DNA of 64,000 nt, taken from the NCBI GenBank assembly GCA_045545665.1, contig JAZQBL010000049.1:4631-68630 (forward strand), given 5' to 3'. The DNA is from Eubacteriales bacterium. GTDB lineage: Bacteria > Bacillota > Clostridia > Oscillospirales > CAG-272. Positions 63,599 through 64,000 of this stretch are shown here, in pieces. The number at the start of each line of letters is the position of its first letter. Positions within the stretch are counted from its first letter, which is position 1. The translations under genes and the position numbers were made by a program. The notes below the pieces were generated by a model. The model did not search any database, was not told the DNA's origin, and worked only from the letters and a program-made list of their open reading frames with translations.

Positions 63599-64000
63599 TC
63601 AACAACCGCCGCCGCAACAGCAGTTACAAAGACAGTTTGCACACATAAGCGTGGAGCAGATGTCACATATCGCACATTCGTTTGAAGACATTGTACTTGT
63701 ATAGGTCCTTGCGCCGCTGTTTGCTCTGTTTTGCATCATAAAAAGTGTTTGTCTGTATTCCGCATTGCCGGGGTCCATATCGCAGGCTGTCTGAACCGAT
63801 GATTCGGCATCAAAATACCAGCCCCTGCTGTAGTAAACTATACCCTTGAGAAAATGCCATTCAGCCGTTCTGTCAGAAACGGCAACGGAGTCAAGAATAC
63901 TGTCAGCCTCCGAATAACGGCGTGAATTGATATATACACGTACGGTGTAGTATATGCCCGTTTTTGAACCTGTCGAGCTTGATGTTCCGCCGTAATCGGT
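63599..64000 (-). CDS. 3' part of a gene (5' end outside the window) ending in a Cys-rich tail
   Basis: The minus-strand frame is open from the window edge: ..GIYYTVRVYINSRRYSEADSILDSV..EWHFLKGIVYYSRGWYFDA..NECAICDICSTLMCANCLCNCCCGGGC*. It is absent from the ORF track because its start lies beyond 64000. Confidence 0.55.
   Translation of the reverse strand, partial: TDYGGTSSSTGSKTGIYYTVRVYINSRRYSEADSILDSVAVSDRTAEWHFLKGIVYYSRGWYFDAESSVQTACDMDPGNAEYRQTLFMMQNRANSGARTYTSTMSSNECAICDICSTLMCANCLCNCCCGGGC

Noticed and set aside
48592-64000. Considered a skin-like intervening element splitting sigG, with the 5' half further upstream.
   Set aside because: The adjacent 15 kb encodes housekeeping genes (rnj, recG, mscS, envelope enzymes), with no recombinase or phage genes and no 5' sigG segment. 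Sigma-G also acts in the forespore (germ line), where programmed excision would not be heritable. A truncation or rearrangement is the simpler reading.
1-64000. Scanned for CRISPR arrays, IS elements or transposases, integrases, toxin-antitoxin pairs, restriction-modification genes and other recognisable defence genes, rRNA and tRNA.
   Set aside because: I found no regularly spaced direct repeats, no recombinase or nuclease/ATPase defence-type ORFs, and no cloverleaf-like sequences in the short intergenic regions. The only stable RNA recognised is tmRNA.

Overview
This 64-kb chromosomal window comes from a low-GC Gram-positive anaerobe of class Clostridia. Dockerin and cohesin modules, BspA-type LRR surface proteins and sporulation genes suggest an Oscillospiraceae/Ruminococcus-like organism, but that assignment is inference only. 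About 55 CDS are tightly packed, with many overlapping stop/start junctions and clear hairpin plus T-run terminators.

The left edge carries a GC-rich phage holin that abuts a canonical smpB-ssrA (tmRNA) locus, which is probably a prophage or island boundary. Housekeeping blocks are:
- dnaG-sigA
- yabP-yabQ-divIC
- an OmpR-type two-component system
- rnhA
- rimO-pgsA-argH
- two cyclophilins
- abrB and spmA-spmB
- rnj and recG

Accessory or unusual content that deserves follow-up:
1. A 1362-aa LRR/Ig-like protein ending in a dockerin, adjacent to a membrane-anchored cohesin/cadherin-like protein.
2. A NusG_II / Gx-transporter / ApbE operon whose last gene is a 1231-aa lipoprotein fusing a lamin-tail domain, a CotH kinase and an RCC1 propeller.
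3. An HtrA/PDZ homologue lacking all three catalytic residues, located behind the two-component system.
4. A 277-aa cytoplasmic protein with 22 Cys, including a CGCCCCCC run.
5. A 5'-truncated sigG that begins directly after another gene's terminator.
6. A minus-strand envelope cluster: phosphodiester glycosidase, GT2-GtrA fusion, divergent Lgt-like protein and two paralogous AlgX/DHHW-type lipoproteins.

I saw no CRISPR array, rRNA, tRNA, transposase or recognisable defence gene. All functional calls rest on motif recognition by eye in the supplied translations; no database search was run.
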